64,000 nt of DNA, taken from the NCBI GenBank assembly GCA_900539265.1, contig UQBM01000008.1:4095-68094 (forward strand). Direction: 5' to 3'. The number at the start of each line of letters is the position of its first letter. Positions within the stretch are counted from its first letter, which is position 1. Source of the stretch: an uncultured Mollicutes bacterium. GTDB lineage: Bacteria; Bacillota_I; Bacilli_A; ML615J-28; CAG-313. The notes under the pieces are model-generated. The model was not told the origin of the DNA, did not search any database, and was given only the letters and a program-made list of their open reading frames with translations. Shown one piece after another: positions 31,753 through 41,800 of this stretch. The position numbers and the translations under genes were made by a program.

Positions 31753-31881
31753 ATTATTTTTTTAGTATAAAATTATTTTATCAAGTAATTTTAAAAACCT
31801 GTGCTTTTATCAATGACATCTTTTTTATTGTTTCATATTATATAGAGAACCTGATTATGTTTATAGTATAAAGGAGGAAAA

Positions 31882-32958
31882 ATGGTTACAATTAGTTTAT
31901 GTATGATCGTCAAAAACGAAGAGGATACTTTAGCGCGCTGTCTCGATTGTATTAAGGATATCGTCGATGAAATAATTATTGTTGATACTGGTTCTACTGA
32001 TCATACAAAAGAAATTGCAAAAAATTATACAAATTTAGTATATGACTTTAAATGGATTGATGATTTTTCAGCAGCTCGTAATTATTCTTTCTCAAAAGCA
32101 ACTAAAGATTATTGTCTATGGTTAGATGCAGATGACATAATTTCAAAAGAAAATCAAGAAAAACTTAAAAAATTAAAAGAAACATTAACAATAGATATTG
32201 ACTTTGTTATGATGCAATATCAAATTGCATGGGATGAATTTAATAATCCTACTTTTCTATACTATCGAGAACGTCTAATTCGTAACAATAAACTTTATCT
32301 TTGGGAAGGTGAAATACATGAAGTTATTACAACAAAGGGTAAAATTATTTATTCAGATATAATTATAATTCATAAAAAAATTCATAAAACTGACCCTAAT
32401 AGAAATATTAATATTTTTGAAAAATTAATTAATAGTGGTAAAAAATTATCTTTAAGGCATCAATTTTATTATGCTAGAGAATTATATTATCACAAAAGAT
32501 ATAAAGAGGCTATAACATACTTGGAAAATTTTATAAAAAATCCTAATGCATGGCTAGAAAATAGACTTGATGCAATAAGAATTTTATCATTTTGTTATAA
32601 TAAAGAAAATTTAAAAGAGAAAATTCTTCCAACTCTTTTATATAGTTTAGAATTGGATATACCTAGAGCTGAAATTTGTTGTGAAATTGGACAATATTTT
32701 CTAAATAAAAAACAATATAAACTAGCAATATTTTGGTATGAACTTGCACTAACAAGACCTCAAGAAAGTAAATCAGGTGGATTTATCTTATCTGATTGTT
32801 ATGGTTATATTCCAAATATGCAACTATGTGTTTGTTATTATCATTTAGGAGAATACAATATTGCTAATGAATATAATGAAAAAGCAGGAATATTAAAACC
32901 CAATGATAACAATTATAAGATAAATAAAAAATTTTTTCAAAATTTATTAAATATATGA
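31882..32958 (+). CDS. family-2 glycosyltransferase with a C-terminal TPR-like helical domain (SunS/glycocin-type peptide glycosyltransferase family)
   Basis: Strong RBS AAAGGAGG. The N-terminal GT-A fold ([14 protein letters not shown] ... [10 protein letters not shown] ... [11 protein letters not shown] ... [12 protein letters not shown]) has a DxD motif. The C-terminal part, about 150 aa, consists of TPR-like helical repeats ([20 protein letters not shown] ... [10 protein letters not shown] ... [10 protein letters not shown]). The motif order recalls SunS (KWKNDFSYARN, DADNLYSKEN) as remembered, not searched. Confidence 0.7.
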   Translation: MVTISLCMIVKNEEDTLARCLDCIKDIVDEIIIVDTGSTDHTKEIAKNYTNLVYDFKWIDDFSAARNYSFSKATKDYCLWLDADDIISKENQEKLKKLKETLTIDIDFVMMQYQIAWDEFNNPTFLYYRERLIRNNKLYLWEGEIHEVITTKGKIIYSDIIIIHKKIHKTDPNRNINIFEKLINSGKKLSLRHQFYYARELYYHKRYKEAITYLENFIKNPNAWLENRLDAIRILSFCYNKENLKEKILPTLLYSLELDIPRAEICCEIGQYFLNKKQYKLAIFWYELALTRPQESKSGGFILSDCYGYIPNMQLCVCYYHLGEYNIANEYNEKAGILKPNDNNYKINKKFFQNLLNI

Positions 32959-32969
32959 AAGGAGAAAAA

Positions 32970-33778
<809 letters not shown>

Positions 33779-33829
33779 TTATAATATTTTATAATCTTAT
33801 CTTTCGTCTATATTATGAAATATAATAAA

Positions 33830-33870
33830 AAAGTCTATAAATTTAGTAAATTTATAGACTTTTTTATATA
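33830..33870 (+). terminator. rho-independent terminator of the glycosyltransferase/collagen-like operon
   Basis: Hairpin AGTCTATAAATTT-AGTA-AAATTTATAGACT followed by TTTTTATATA. Confidence 0.7.
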
Positions 33871-34082
33871 TTAACTTAATGTTATAAAAAAATTCTATTT
33901 AAATAATATTTAATTTTTTTATAAATATATTTCATATGTAGATTAATAAAATCATTGTAGTTTAGGATATATATTATCAATAATTTTTTGTTATTATAAA
34001 ATCAAAAAATATTATTATTTTATTTCATATATTTTTGGTTTTTCAATAATTTCAAATACTCTATTATTTATAGTATGTGAAA

Positions 34083-35108
34083 TTATTTTATAAACATTGC
34101 ATCGCCAAATGAAAAAAAGCGATATTTTTTCTCAATAGCTATTCTATATGCATTCAAAATTATGTCTTTAGATGAAAATGCACTAACTAACATAATAAGA
34201 GTAGATTTGGGTAAATGAAAATTTGTTATCAGGGCATCTACTGCCATAAACTCATAAGGTGGATAAATAAAAATATTTGTAGACTCACAACATTCGACAA
34301 ATTTACCATATTTTTTTATAATACTTTCTAAGGTCCTAGTTGAAGTAGTTCCGACACTAATAATTCTTTTGCCAAATTCTTTTGCCAAATTGAGTTTATC
34401 TGCCGTTTCTTTTGACATCTGATAAGTTTCACTATGCATATGGTGTTCCTCTACTTTATCAACGCTTACTGGTCTGAAGGTTCCCAATCCCACATTTAAG
34501 GTAACATAAACAATTTCTACACCTTTTTTTTTCAATTTTTCAAGCAATTCTTTTGTGAAATGCAACCCTGCTGTTGGTGCAGCAGCACTACCATAATCTC
34601 TTGCATAAACTGTTTGATAACGATCTTTATTAATAATTTTTTTATGAATATATGGTGGAAGAGGCATTAAACCAATTTGTTCTAATATTTCTAAAAAGAT
34701 TCCTTGATACTCCATTTGAAATACTCTTTGACCCTCTTCTTTTTCTTCTAAACAGATTGCTTTTAATAAACCATTTCCAAATATAATTGTAGTACCAACT
34801 TTAACCCTTTTGGCAGGTCGAGCAAGAGCCTGCCAAATATTATTTTTAATTTCTTTTAAAAGGAGAATTTCGATAGAAGCATTAGTTTCTATTTTTTTAC
34901 CATATATTCTTGATGGTAATACTTTTGTATCATTTAATACTAATACATCATTGTTATCTAAATAATCAATAATATCATAGAAGTGTTTATGTTCTATTTC
35001 ACCTGTTTTTTTGTCTAATACTAAAAGTCTTGATGACGATCGATTATCTAATGGCGTTTGTGCAATTAATTGTTCAGGTAAATCATAGTCAAAATCTGTT
35101 ACTTTCAA
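34083..35108 (-). CDS. queA: S-adenosylmethionine:tRNA ribosyltransferase-isomerase
   Basis: 341 aa with QueA family motifs ([19 protein letters not shown]). Confidence 0.9.
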   Translation of the reverse strand: MKVTDFDYDLPEQLIAQTPLDNRSSSRLLVLDKKTGEIEHKHFYDIIDYLDNNDVLVLNDTKVLPSRIYGKKIETNASIEILLLKEIKNNIWQALARPAKRVKVGTTIIFGNGLLKAICLEEKEEGQRVFQMEYQGIFLEILEQIGLMPLPPYIHKKIINKDRYQTVYARDYGSAAAPTAGLHFTKELLEKLKKKGVEIVYVTLNVGLGTFRPVSVDKVEEHHMHSETYQMSKETADKLNLAKEFGKRIISVGTTSTRTLESIIKKYGKFVECCESTNIFIYPPYEFMAVDALITNFHLPKSTLIMLVSAFSSKDIILNAYRIAIEKKYRFFSFGDAMFIK

Positions 35109-36103
35109 AATAAGCCTCCTTTTATAATACCAAGATGTTCATATGCCTTATCAGTTACAACCCTACCCCTATGGGTTCGTATAATAAAACCTTCCTGTAA
35201 TAAATACGGTTCATTTACATCTTCTAATGTTACTGTTTCTTCTGAAATAGTTGCAGCTAGAGCCTCAATTCCTGCCGGACCACCTTTAAATCGTTCAATA
35301 AGTCCTAATAAATATTTGCGATCAGTTATGTCAAGTCCCGCCTTATCAATATCAAGTTTGTTTAAAGCATAATCAGTAATTGAAATGGTAATGTGATTTA
35401 AATTATTAAATTGCGCAAAATCCCTAATTCTTCTAAATAAACGATTAGCAATTCTTGGTGTTCCTCGTGAACGTCTTGCTAATTCAAAAGTAGCATCATC
35501 ATCAATAGGAAAAGCAAAAATCTTTGCCGTTCTCTTAATAATAGTAAATAACTCATCATTACTATAATATTTTAATTGATGAACTATTCCAAAACGATCA
35601 CGCATTGGAGCAGTTAAATCACCAAATCTAGTTGTAGCACCTACTAATGTAAATGGTGGCAAATCTATTCTAAGTGTAGTCGCTCCTGAATCCTTTCCCA
35701 TCACAATATCAATTGCAAAATCTTCCATTGCTGAATATAATATTTCTTCAATTACTTTAGGAATACGATGAATTTCATCGATGAATAAAATATCACCTGG
35801 TTCTAATGATGATAAAATAGCCGCTAAATCACCTGGTCTTGAAAGTGCTGGTCCAGTTGTAATTTTTATTCCTGTCTTCATCTCATAAGCAATAATATGA
35901 GCAAGTGTCGTTTTCCCAAGACCTGGTGGTCCATATAAAAGAACATGATCTAATGCCTCACCTCGCATTTTAGCCGTTTCAATGAATATTTTCATCATTT
36001 CTTTTAATTCATTTTGACCAATATACTCTTTTAGAGATTGTGGTCTTAATGTTGTTTCAATTTCATCGCCATCAATCATCTTTTTATCCATAATGTTATC
36101 CAT
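35105..36103 (-). CDS. ruvB: Holliday junction branch migration helicase RuvB
   Basis: Walker A ([11 protein letters not shown]), AAA+ motifs and a C-terminal winged helix. Confidence 0.95.
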   Translation of the reverse strand: MDNIMDKKMIDGDEIETTLRPQSLKEYIGQNELKEMMKIFIETAKMRGEALDHVLLYGPPGLGKTTLAHIIAYEMKTGIKITTGPALSRPGDLAAILSSLEPGDILFIDEIHRIPKVIEEILYSAMEDFAIDIVMGKDSGATTLRIDLPPFTLVGATTRFGDLTAPMRDRFGIVHQLKYYSNDELFTIIKRTAKIFAFPIDDDATFELARRSRGTPRIANRLFRRIRDFAQFNNLNHITISITDYALNKLDIDKAGLDITDRKYLLGLIERFKGGPAGIEALAATISEETVTLEDVNEPYLLQEGFIIRTHRGRVVTDKAYEHLGIIKGGLF

Positions 36104-36168
36104 AGAAACATCCTTTCTTTTGCTTTAATATTTATTATATGTTATAATTATAGTAACTGGAGGTTACT

Positions 36169-36744
36169 ATGTATAGTTATTTTAAAGGGCAAGTTACAGA
36201 GATACATGCAACTCATATTATTTTTGAAGTAAATCAAGTTGGTTATAGAATTAAGGTTCCTAATCCGTATCAATTTGAATTAAATATTCCTTTGACAACC
36301 ATTTATCTACATTATCATATCAGAGAAGATGCTCATGAATTATTTGGTTTTATTAATTATGAAGAACGTGATATGTTTGAAAATTTAATAAATGTCAAAG
36401 GATTAGGTCCTAAAGGGGCTCTAGCAATTCTTGCCTCTAGTACACCTTTAGAAATTATCAATGCTTTAAACAATACTAATACTAAATTCTTTAATCAATT
36501 CCCAGGAATTGGTCCTAAATTAAGTCAACAAATTATTCTTGATTTAAAAGGAAAGATTAATTTTGATGATAATCTTAAAAATCCACAAGTCAATGAAAAA
36601 ATAAATAATATTATTATTGCTTTAAAATCTCTTGGTTATAATAATCAAGAAATAAAAATTGCAACTAAAGACTTAAATATTACAAATGAAACTTCTCTTA
36701 GTGATGCTGTAAAAGAAACTCTAAAACGTCTTAAAAAAAACTAA
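36169..36744 (+). CDS. ruvA: Holliday junction DNA helicase RuvA
   Basis: 191 aa. OB domain I (MYSYFKGQV), HhH domain II (KGLGPKGALAIL) and a C-terminal domain III. Confidence 0.85.
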   Translation: MYSYFKGQVTEIHATHIIFEVNQVGYRIKVPNPYQFELNIPLTTIYLHYHIREDAHELFGFINYEERDMFENLINVKGLGPKGALAILASSTPLEIINALNNTNTKFFNQFPGIGPKLSQQIILDLKGKINFDDNLKNPQVNEKINNIIIALKSLGYNNQEIKIATKDLNITNETSLSDAVKETLKRLKKN

Positions 36745-36835
36745 ATTTATTATACACTATTTTGTCTTTTTTTTCAAGTAAATAAGGATATTTAAAAAAG
36801 GTAGGAATAATCTATAAAAAATTCCTACCTTTTTA

Positions 36836-37330
36836 TTATATGTTTTGATTTGCTTTAATTAGTTTCATAAAAGCACCATTTTTCTTTAAAAAATTAAAAG
36901 TAAAAATTCCCATAATTATTACTACTAATTCACCTAAACCTACTGTTAAAGCATTAAGCCAAAAAGGCGTTTCAAAAACTATAAATAACTCTATACCAAC
37001 AATAATGGCGTTAAAAACAACAGGAAAAATTCCAGCCACCATTAAATTTTTAGAAAACATCACACAAATAACAGAAAATAAAGTGGCCATAGTTCCCATT
37101 ACAATATCAATCGGTCCAAGCGTACTAAAGGTATTTGCAATAGCACAACCAATAATCATCGAAATAGCATAATCCTTTCGAAAAAAACAAAGTAATACCA
37201 ATATCTCCGCTATTCTAAATTGAATTTCACCATAAGAAATCCAAGATAAAGATAAAGTTAAAGCCACATATAAGGCTGCAACTAATGATATTCGTATTAC
37301 TTTTTTTATCAAACTTTCTTTTTGATTCAT
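36836..37330 (-). CDS. queT: QueT-like queuosine-precursor transporter (ECF-type S component family)
   Basis: 164 aa, 4-5 TM helices. A preQ1-I riboswitch lies immediately upstream, and queA is a neighbour. Confidence 0.6.
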   Translation of the reverse strand: MNQKESLIKKVIRISLVAALYVALTLSLSWISYGEIQFRIAEILVLLCFFRKDYAISMIIGCAIANTFSTLGPIDIVMGTMATLFSVICVMFSKNLMVAGIFPVVFNAIIVGIELFIVFETPFWLNALTVGLGELVVIIMGIFTFNFLKKNGAFMKLIKANQNI

Positions 37331-37372
37331 TTTATCTTCTCCTTGTTTTTTATTTGAGATGGTTATGCAAGG
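37326..37372 (-). ncRNA. preQ1-I riboswitch controlling queT
   Basis: Minus-strand transcript after an extended -10 (TGTTATAAT). It reads CUACC-GAGAUG-UUCCUUGCAUAAC-CAUCUC-AAAUAAAAAACAAGGAGA: a 6-bp P1, a loop beginning UUC, and an A-rich tail running into the SD. This closely parallels the B. subtilis queC aptamer AGAGGUUCUAGCUACACCCUCUAUAAAAAACUAAGG. Confidence 0.6.
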
Positions 37373-37433
37373 AACATCTCGGTAGCATTATAACATAATC
37401 TACTAAATTAATAAAACAATATGAACTAATAAA

Positions 37434-38804
37434 TTACAAAAAATTTAAAATCAATAACCATGCTAGGCCATAATAAATAATTACTGCAATTATATCAATT
37501 AAAGTTGTAATAAATGGTCCAGAAGCAACAGCAGGATCAATTTTACATTTTTTAAAAATAATAGGAATAAGACTTCCTGCAAAATTCGCAACTACAATAG
37601 AGAATAAAATACTCATACTAACAACTATTGCAATTTTTAAATTTTGATTTAATTCATTAGTAGAAGCAGCAAATAATAAAAAGATTAACACAAAAATAAG
37701 AGTAAAAATTCCAACAATTATACCATTAATTAATCCAACTCTAAACTCTTTGAAAATCATTTTAAAAATATTTTTATTAGAAAGTTCTTCATCTGTCAGT
37801 ACCCTAATTGTTACAGCCAACGATTGAGTACCACAATTACCTGCCATATCTAAAATCAATGATTGAAAAACAACAATAATTGGAATTCCGGCAACAACAT
37901 TTTCAAATTGTGCTATTAACAATGATGTCACTAGTCCAAGACCTAAAAGTATAAATAACCATGGAATTCTTTTTCTAACTGATTTAAAAATTGGTTCTTT
38001 TAAATCTTCCTCACTAGATAACCCACCAAGTTTAGCATAATCATCACCAAATTCATCCGAAACAGCCTCCACTATATCATCACTAGTTATTACACCAATT
38101 AAATGCATATTATCATCTACTACAGGAATTGAATCTAATGAATATTCTTGTATCTTGTTAATACAATCACTTACCAATTCAGTTGCTTTTAAATATGGAT
38201 ATGATGTCTTAATAATTGATTGTAAATCTTCATTTTCTCTCGCAATAATTAAATCGCGTAAATCCATTGCTCCATAAAACTCATTATTTAAATCAGTAAA
38301 ATAAATAATTGATACGTTATCATTTACAGCAGCCTCTTCAATCATTTTTTTCATCGCTTGTTTAATAGTTGAATTTTTATCAATTGCAATATAATTAGTT
38401 GTCATTCTACTTCCAATCATATCATCATCATATGATTTTATTAATTTTATTTCGGCAACCGCTTCTTCATCCATCAATTCAATTAATTCTTTGCGATTAT
38501 CTTCTTCTAATTCCTCTAAAACATCAATTGCATCATCTGAATCCATCGATTCTAGAATATCAGCTGCTAAATCATTTGATAATTCATCTAAGTAATCTTT
38601 TGGATTCTCTAAATAACTAAAGATATCAGACAAAACATTTTTTTCAAGAATATGGTATAATTTTTGACGTTCTTCACTTAATAATTGAGGAAATATTTTA
38701 GCAACATCATTTTCATGATATTTTTGGAGTTCTTCTCTAAGTTCTTCATCACTTTTATTGCTATGAATTAAACTTAATAATTCATCAATATAATTTTGCT
38801 CCAT
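37434..38804 (-). CDS. mgtE: magnesium transporter MgtE
   Basis: N-terminal MgtE-N domain, tandem CBS domains and a 5-TM C-terminus. Confidence 0.9.
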   Translation of the reverse strand: MEQNYIDELLSLIHSNKSDEELREELQKYHENDVAKIFPQLLSEERQKLYHILEKNVLSDIFSYLENPKDYLDELSNDLAADILESMDSDDAIDVLEELEEDNRKELIELMDEEAVAEIKLIKSYDDDMIGSRMTTNYIAIDKNSTIKQAMKKMIEEAAVNDNVSIIYFTDLNNEFYGAMDLRDLIIARENEDLQSIIKTSYPYLKATELVSDCINKIQEYSLDSIPVVDDNMHLIGVITSDDIVEAVSDEFGDDYAKLGGLSSEEDLKEPIFKSVRKRIPWLFILLGLGLVTSLLIAQFENVVAGIPIIVVFQSLILDMAGNCGTQSLAVTIRVLTDEELSNKNIFKMIFKEFRVGLINGIIVGIFTLIFVLIFLLFAASTNELNQNLKIAIVVSMSILFSIVVANFAGSLIPIIFKKCKIDPAVASGPFITTLIDIIAVIIYYGLAWLLILNFL

Positions 38805-38832
38805 TTTATTATCCTCCTTACTTATCAGTTAT

Positions 38833-40242
38833 TTAAAAGCGAAATCCACCTTTATTCTTTCCTTTACCTTTTTTAGGACGCTGTGCTTGCATTCCTGGAA
38901 TTGGAGCTTGACCTTTTGATATCTTTTCCATTTGGGTTTCATCCATACCCATAACTGCCTTCATCTGTTGGCGCATTTGTTCAAATTGTTTGGTTAAATT
39001 ATTAATTTCTTGATAGGTTCTTCCACTGCCATTTGCAATTCTTGTTTTTCTTGTATGACTTTTTGTAATTAAATCAGGATTACTTCTTTCCTCTTTTGTC
39101 ATTGAACCAATTATTGCCTCAATATAAACAAACTTTTTTTCATCAATATTTAAATTTTTGATTTGAGAACCAAGGCCTGGAATCATTGAAAGTAACCCTT
39201 TTAAAGATCCCATTTTTTTTATACGACGAATTTGATCTAAAAAATCATTATATGTAAAACGTCCTGCTTGCATTTTTTCCGCCATTTTCATTGCGGTCTC
39301 TTCATCAAAGGATTCCTGTGCTTTTTCAATAAAGGTTAAAACATCCCCCATTCCAAGAATTCTTTTGGCCATTCGATCAGGATGAAAAACATCAATTTCA
39401 TCCATCTTTTCCCCTAGTCCTGTAAATTTAATGGGAATTTTAGTCATATAGCGAATTGAAAGAGCTGCACCACCTCTTGTATCACTATCAAGTTTTGTTA
39501 AAAGACATCCAGTTATATCTAATTTTTGATGAAAAGTTTGAGCAACATTAACAGCATCTTGACCAGTCATCGCATCAACTGTTAATAGAATTTCATCGGG
39601 ATTCGTAATTTCTTTAATTTCAACTAATTCTTGCATTAAAGGTTCATCAATAGCCAAACGACCGGCAGTATCAATTAGAACTAGATTTAATCCTTTTTCT
39701 TTAGCATATTCTAAACCCTTTTTAACAATAACTTGAGGTTTTGTAAGAATTCCCATTTGAAATACTTCAATATCAAGTTGCTTACCAATTGTTACTAATT
39801 GATTAATAGCTGCTGGTCGATAAACATCAGCTGCTATCATTAATGGTTTAAGTTTATTATTTTTTCTCAAATAATTAGCTAATTTTCCAACATGAGTTGT
39901 TTTACCACTTCCTTGCAGACCTACAACTAAAACTACACTCATTCCTGATTTTTTTAAATTAATTGGAACTGCTTCTTCACCCATTAATTTTACTAATTCT
40001 TCGTAAACAATTTTAACAATTTGATCACCTGGTGTTAGTGATTTCATTACCTTTTCGCCTAAAGCTAGTGTCTTAACCTCATTTATAAATTCTTTAACTA
40101 TTTTATAATTAACATCAGCCTCAAGTAATGAAACCCTAATTTCGCGCATTGTATCTTCAATGTCTTTTTCATTTACTTTACCACGACCTGTTAATTTTCT
40201 TAATGAAAATTGGATTTTTTCTGATAAACTTTCAAATGGCAT
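38833..40242 (-). CDS. ffh: signal recognition particle protein Ffh
   Basis: NG domain (GLQGSGKTT, DTAGR) and a Met-rich M domain. Confidence 0.95.
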   Translation of the reverse strand: MPFESLSEKIQFSLRKLTGRGKVNEKDIEDTMREIRVSLLEADVNYKIVKEFINEVKTLALGEKVMKSLTPGDQIVKIVYEELVKLMGEEAVPINLKKSGMSVVLVVGLQGSGKTTHVGKLANYLRKNNKLKPLMIAADVYRPAAINQLVTIGKQLDIEVFQMGILTKPQVIVKKGLEYAKEKGLNLVLIDTAGRLAIDEPLMQELVEIKEITNPDEILLTVDAMTGQDAVNVAQTFHQKLDITGCLLTKLDSDTRGGAALSIRYMTKIPIKFTGLGEKMDEIDVFHPDRMAKRILGMGDVLTFIEKAQESFDEETAMKMAEKMQAGRFTYNDFLDQIRRIKKMGSLKGLLSMIPGLGSQIKNLNIDEKKFVYIEAIIGSMTKEERSNPDLITKSHTRKTRIANGSGRTYQEINNLTKQFEQMRQQMKAVMGMDETQMEKISKGQAPIPGMQAQRPKKGKGKNKGGFRF

Positions 40243-40246
40243 ATTT

Positions 40247-40570
40247 TCACTCCATTTCTTTTATTTTTTCAATAATTTTTAATCCCTCGGGATTAACATA
40301 TTTTTTTAACAAATCTAATTGCTTATTCAAATTCATATTTTTCTGATAAAGATGTAATTTATTTTCATAATTATCTAAGTTACGTTCAACCTTTTTTAAT
40401 AAATCCCAAATCGCATTTCTTGATACATTAAGTGCAAAGGAAATTTCTGATAAACTATAATCTTCAAAATAATAGTTTTCAAATACTTCTTTTTGTTTTT
40501 CAGTAAATAAATCTTGGTAATAGGAATAAAGGATATTATAGTGATTCTTCTTTTCTAAATTTTGATTCAT
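40247..40570 (-). CDS. ylxM: YlxM/UPF0122 family putative SRP-associated HTH protein
   Basis: 107 aa, located between ftsY and ffh as in B. subtilis. Confidence 0.75.
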   Translation of the reverse strand: MNQNLEKKNHYNILYSYYQDLFTEKQKEVFENYYFEDYSLSEISFALNVSRNAIWDLLKKVERNLDNYENKLHLYQKNMNLNKQLDLLKKYVNPEGLKIIEKIKEME

Positions 40571-41541
40571 TATTCATCATCATCCCCTACGAATAATCCC
40601 CCAATATAATCTTCTAAATCAAAATATTCTAAATCTTCCATTTTCTCACCAAGTCCTATCATTTTAATAGGTAGATTATATTTATCTCTAATAGCAAGGA
40701 CAATACCACCTTTACTAGTACCATCAAGTTTTGTTAAAATAACTCCTGTAATATTTGTAACTTCCATAAAAGCTTCAGCTTGTGATAATCCATTTTGTCC
40801 TGTTGTTGCATCTATTATCAATAATGTCTCTTGTGGTGCTTCCTCAACTTCCCGTGAAATAACACGATTCATTTTTTCTAATTCTTTCATTAAATTAACT
40901 TTATTTTGAAGACGTCCAGCCGTATCACATAACAAAATATCATATTGTTCCTTTTTTGCCTTTTGAATTGCCTCAAAAATAACACTTGATGGATCGGTTG
41001 CACCTTTTTTTATAACAATATCCACACCAACTCGGTGAGCCCATATTTCTAACTGATCAACAGCACCTGCTCTAAAAGTATCCCCTGCTGCTAGTAAAAC
41101 TTTTTTCCCTTCGTTTTTTAACCGATATGCAATTTTTGCAATTGTGGTTGTTTTACCGACTCCATTAACACCTACAAAAAGAAAAACTGAAAGCCCGTCT
41201 TTTTTAAGATTAAAATTGTTATTAACAATATCACCTTTTAAATATAATTCAAACATTTTATCAATTATAATTGGTTGTAACTCTTCTACTGAATTAATTC
41301 CTTGAACTCTCTCATCTTCTTTTAAAGCATCAATAAAATCGAGTGTTGTTTCAACTCCTATATCAGCCATAATAAAAGCATCAGTTAAATCATCAAATAA
41401 ATCTTCATTAATTTCATTATAGCCAGATAAAATTGCTTTTAACTTTCCCATTAACCCTTGACGAGTCTTTTTCATACCAAGTTCATATTTTTTAGATTTT
41501 TCATCTTTATTTTTCTTCTTAAAAAGATTAAATAATCCCAT
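40570..41541 (-). CDS. ftsY: signal recognition particle receptor FtsY
   Basis: NG domain (GVNGVGKTTT, DTAGR). Confidence 0.95.
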   Translation of the reverse strand: MGLFNLFKKKNKDEKSKKYELGMKKTRQGLMGKLKAILSGYNEINEDLFDDLTDAFIMADIGVETTLDFIDALKEDERVQGINSVEELQPIIIDKMFELYLKGDIVNNNFNLKKDGLSVFLFVGVNGVGKTTTIAKIAYRLKNEGKKVLLAAGDTFRAGAVDQLEIWAHRVGVDIVIKKGATDPSSVIFEAIQKAKKEQYDILLCDTAGRLQNKVNLMKELEKMNRVISREVEEAPQETLLIIDATTGQNGLSQAEAFMEVTNITGVILTKLDGTSKGGIVLAIRDKYNLPIKMIGLGEKMEDLEYFDLEDYIGGLFVGDDDE

Positions 41542-41660
41542 TTAGTTACCTCTTTATTTTTATATTTAATTTATTATACTATATTTATCTTTTTTTTTCA
41601 ACCACATAAACTTATGAAATAATATACCTAAAACTTCAACTTTTAATTTTCAATTTTATT

Positions 41661-41697
41661 ATAAATAAAAGACTGGTGATAAAGGGAATATCACCAA
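41661..41697 (-). terminator. rho-independent terminator downstream of topA
   Basis: Hairpin TGGTGATA-TTCCCTT-TATCACCA followed by GTCTTTTATTTAT on the minus strand. Confidence 0.5.
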
Positions 41698-41800
41698 TCA
41701 AAGAAGGGTTGGACAATAAAGTCCATATGTAGGGAATATGTGTAGTTTTTAATAACTACATTTAGATATTACCACATTTTTGCATACTTTGCAAGTAATT

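Noticed and set aside
41700-41800. Possible small RNA (SRP RNA?) near ffh/ftsY in the topA-ftsY spacer
   Set aside because: It contains only two simple hairpins, consistent with a topA terminator and promoter elements, and has no SRP RNA domain IV motif.
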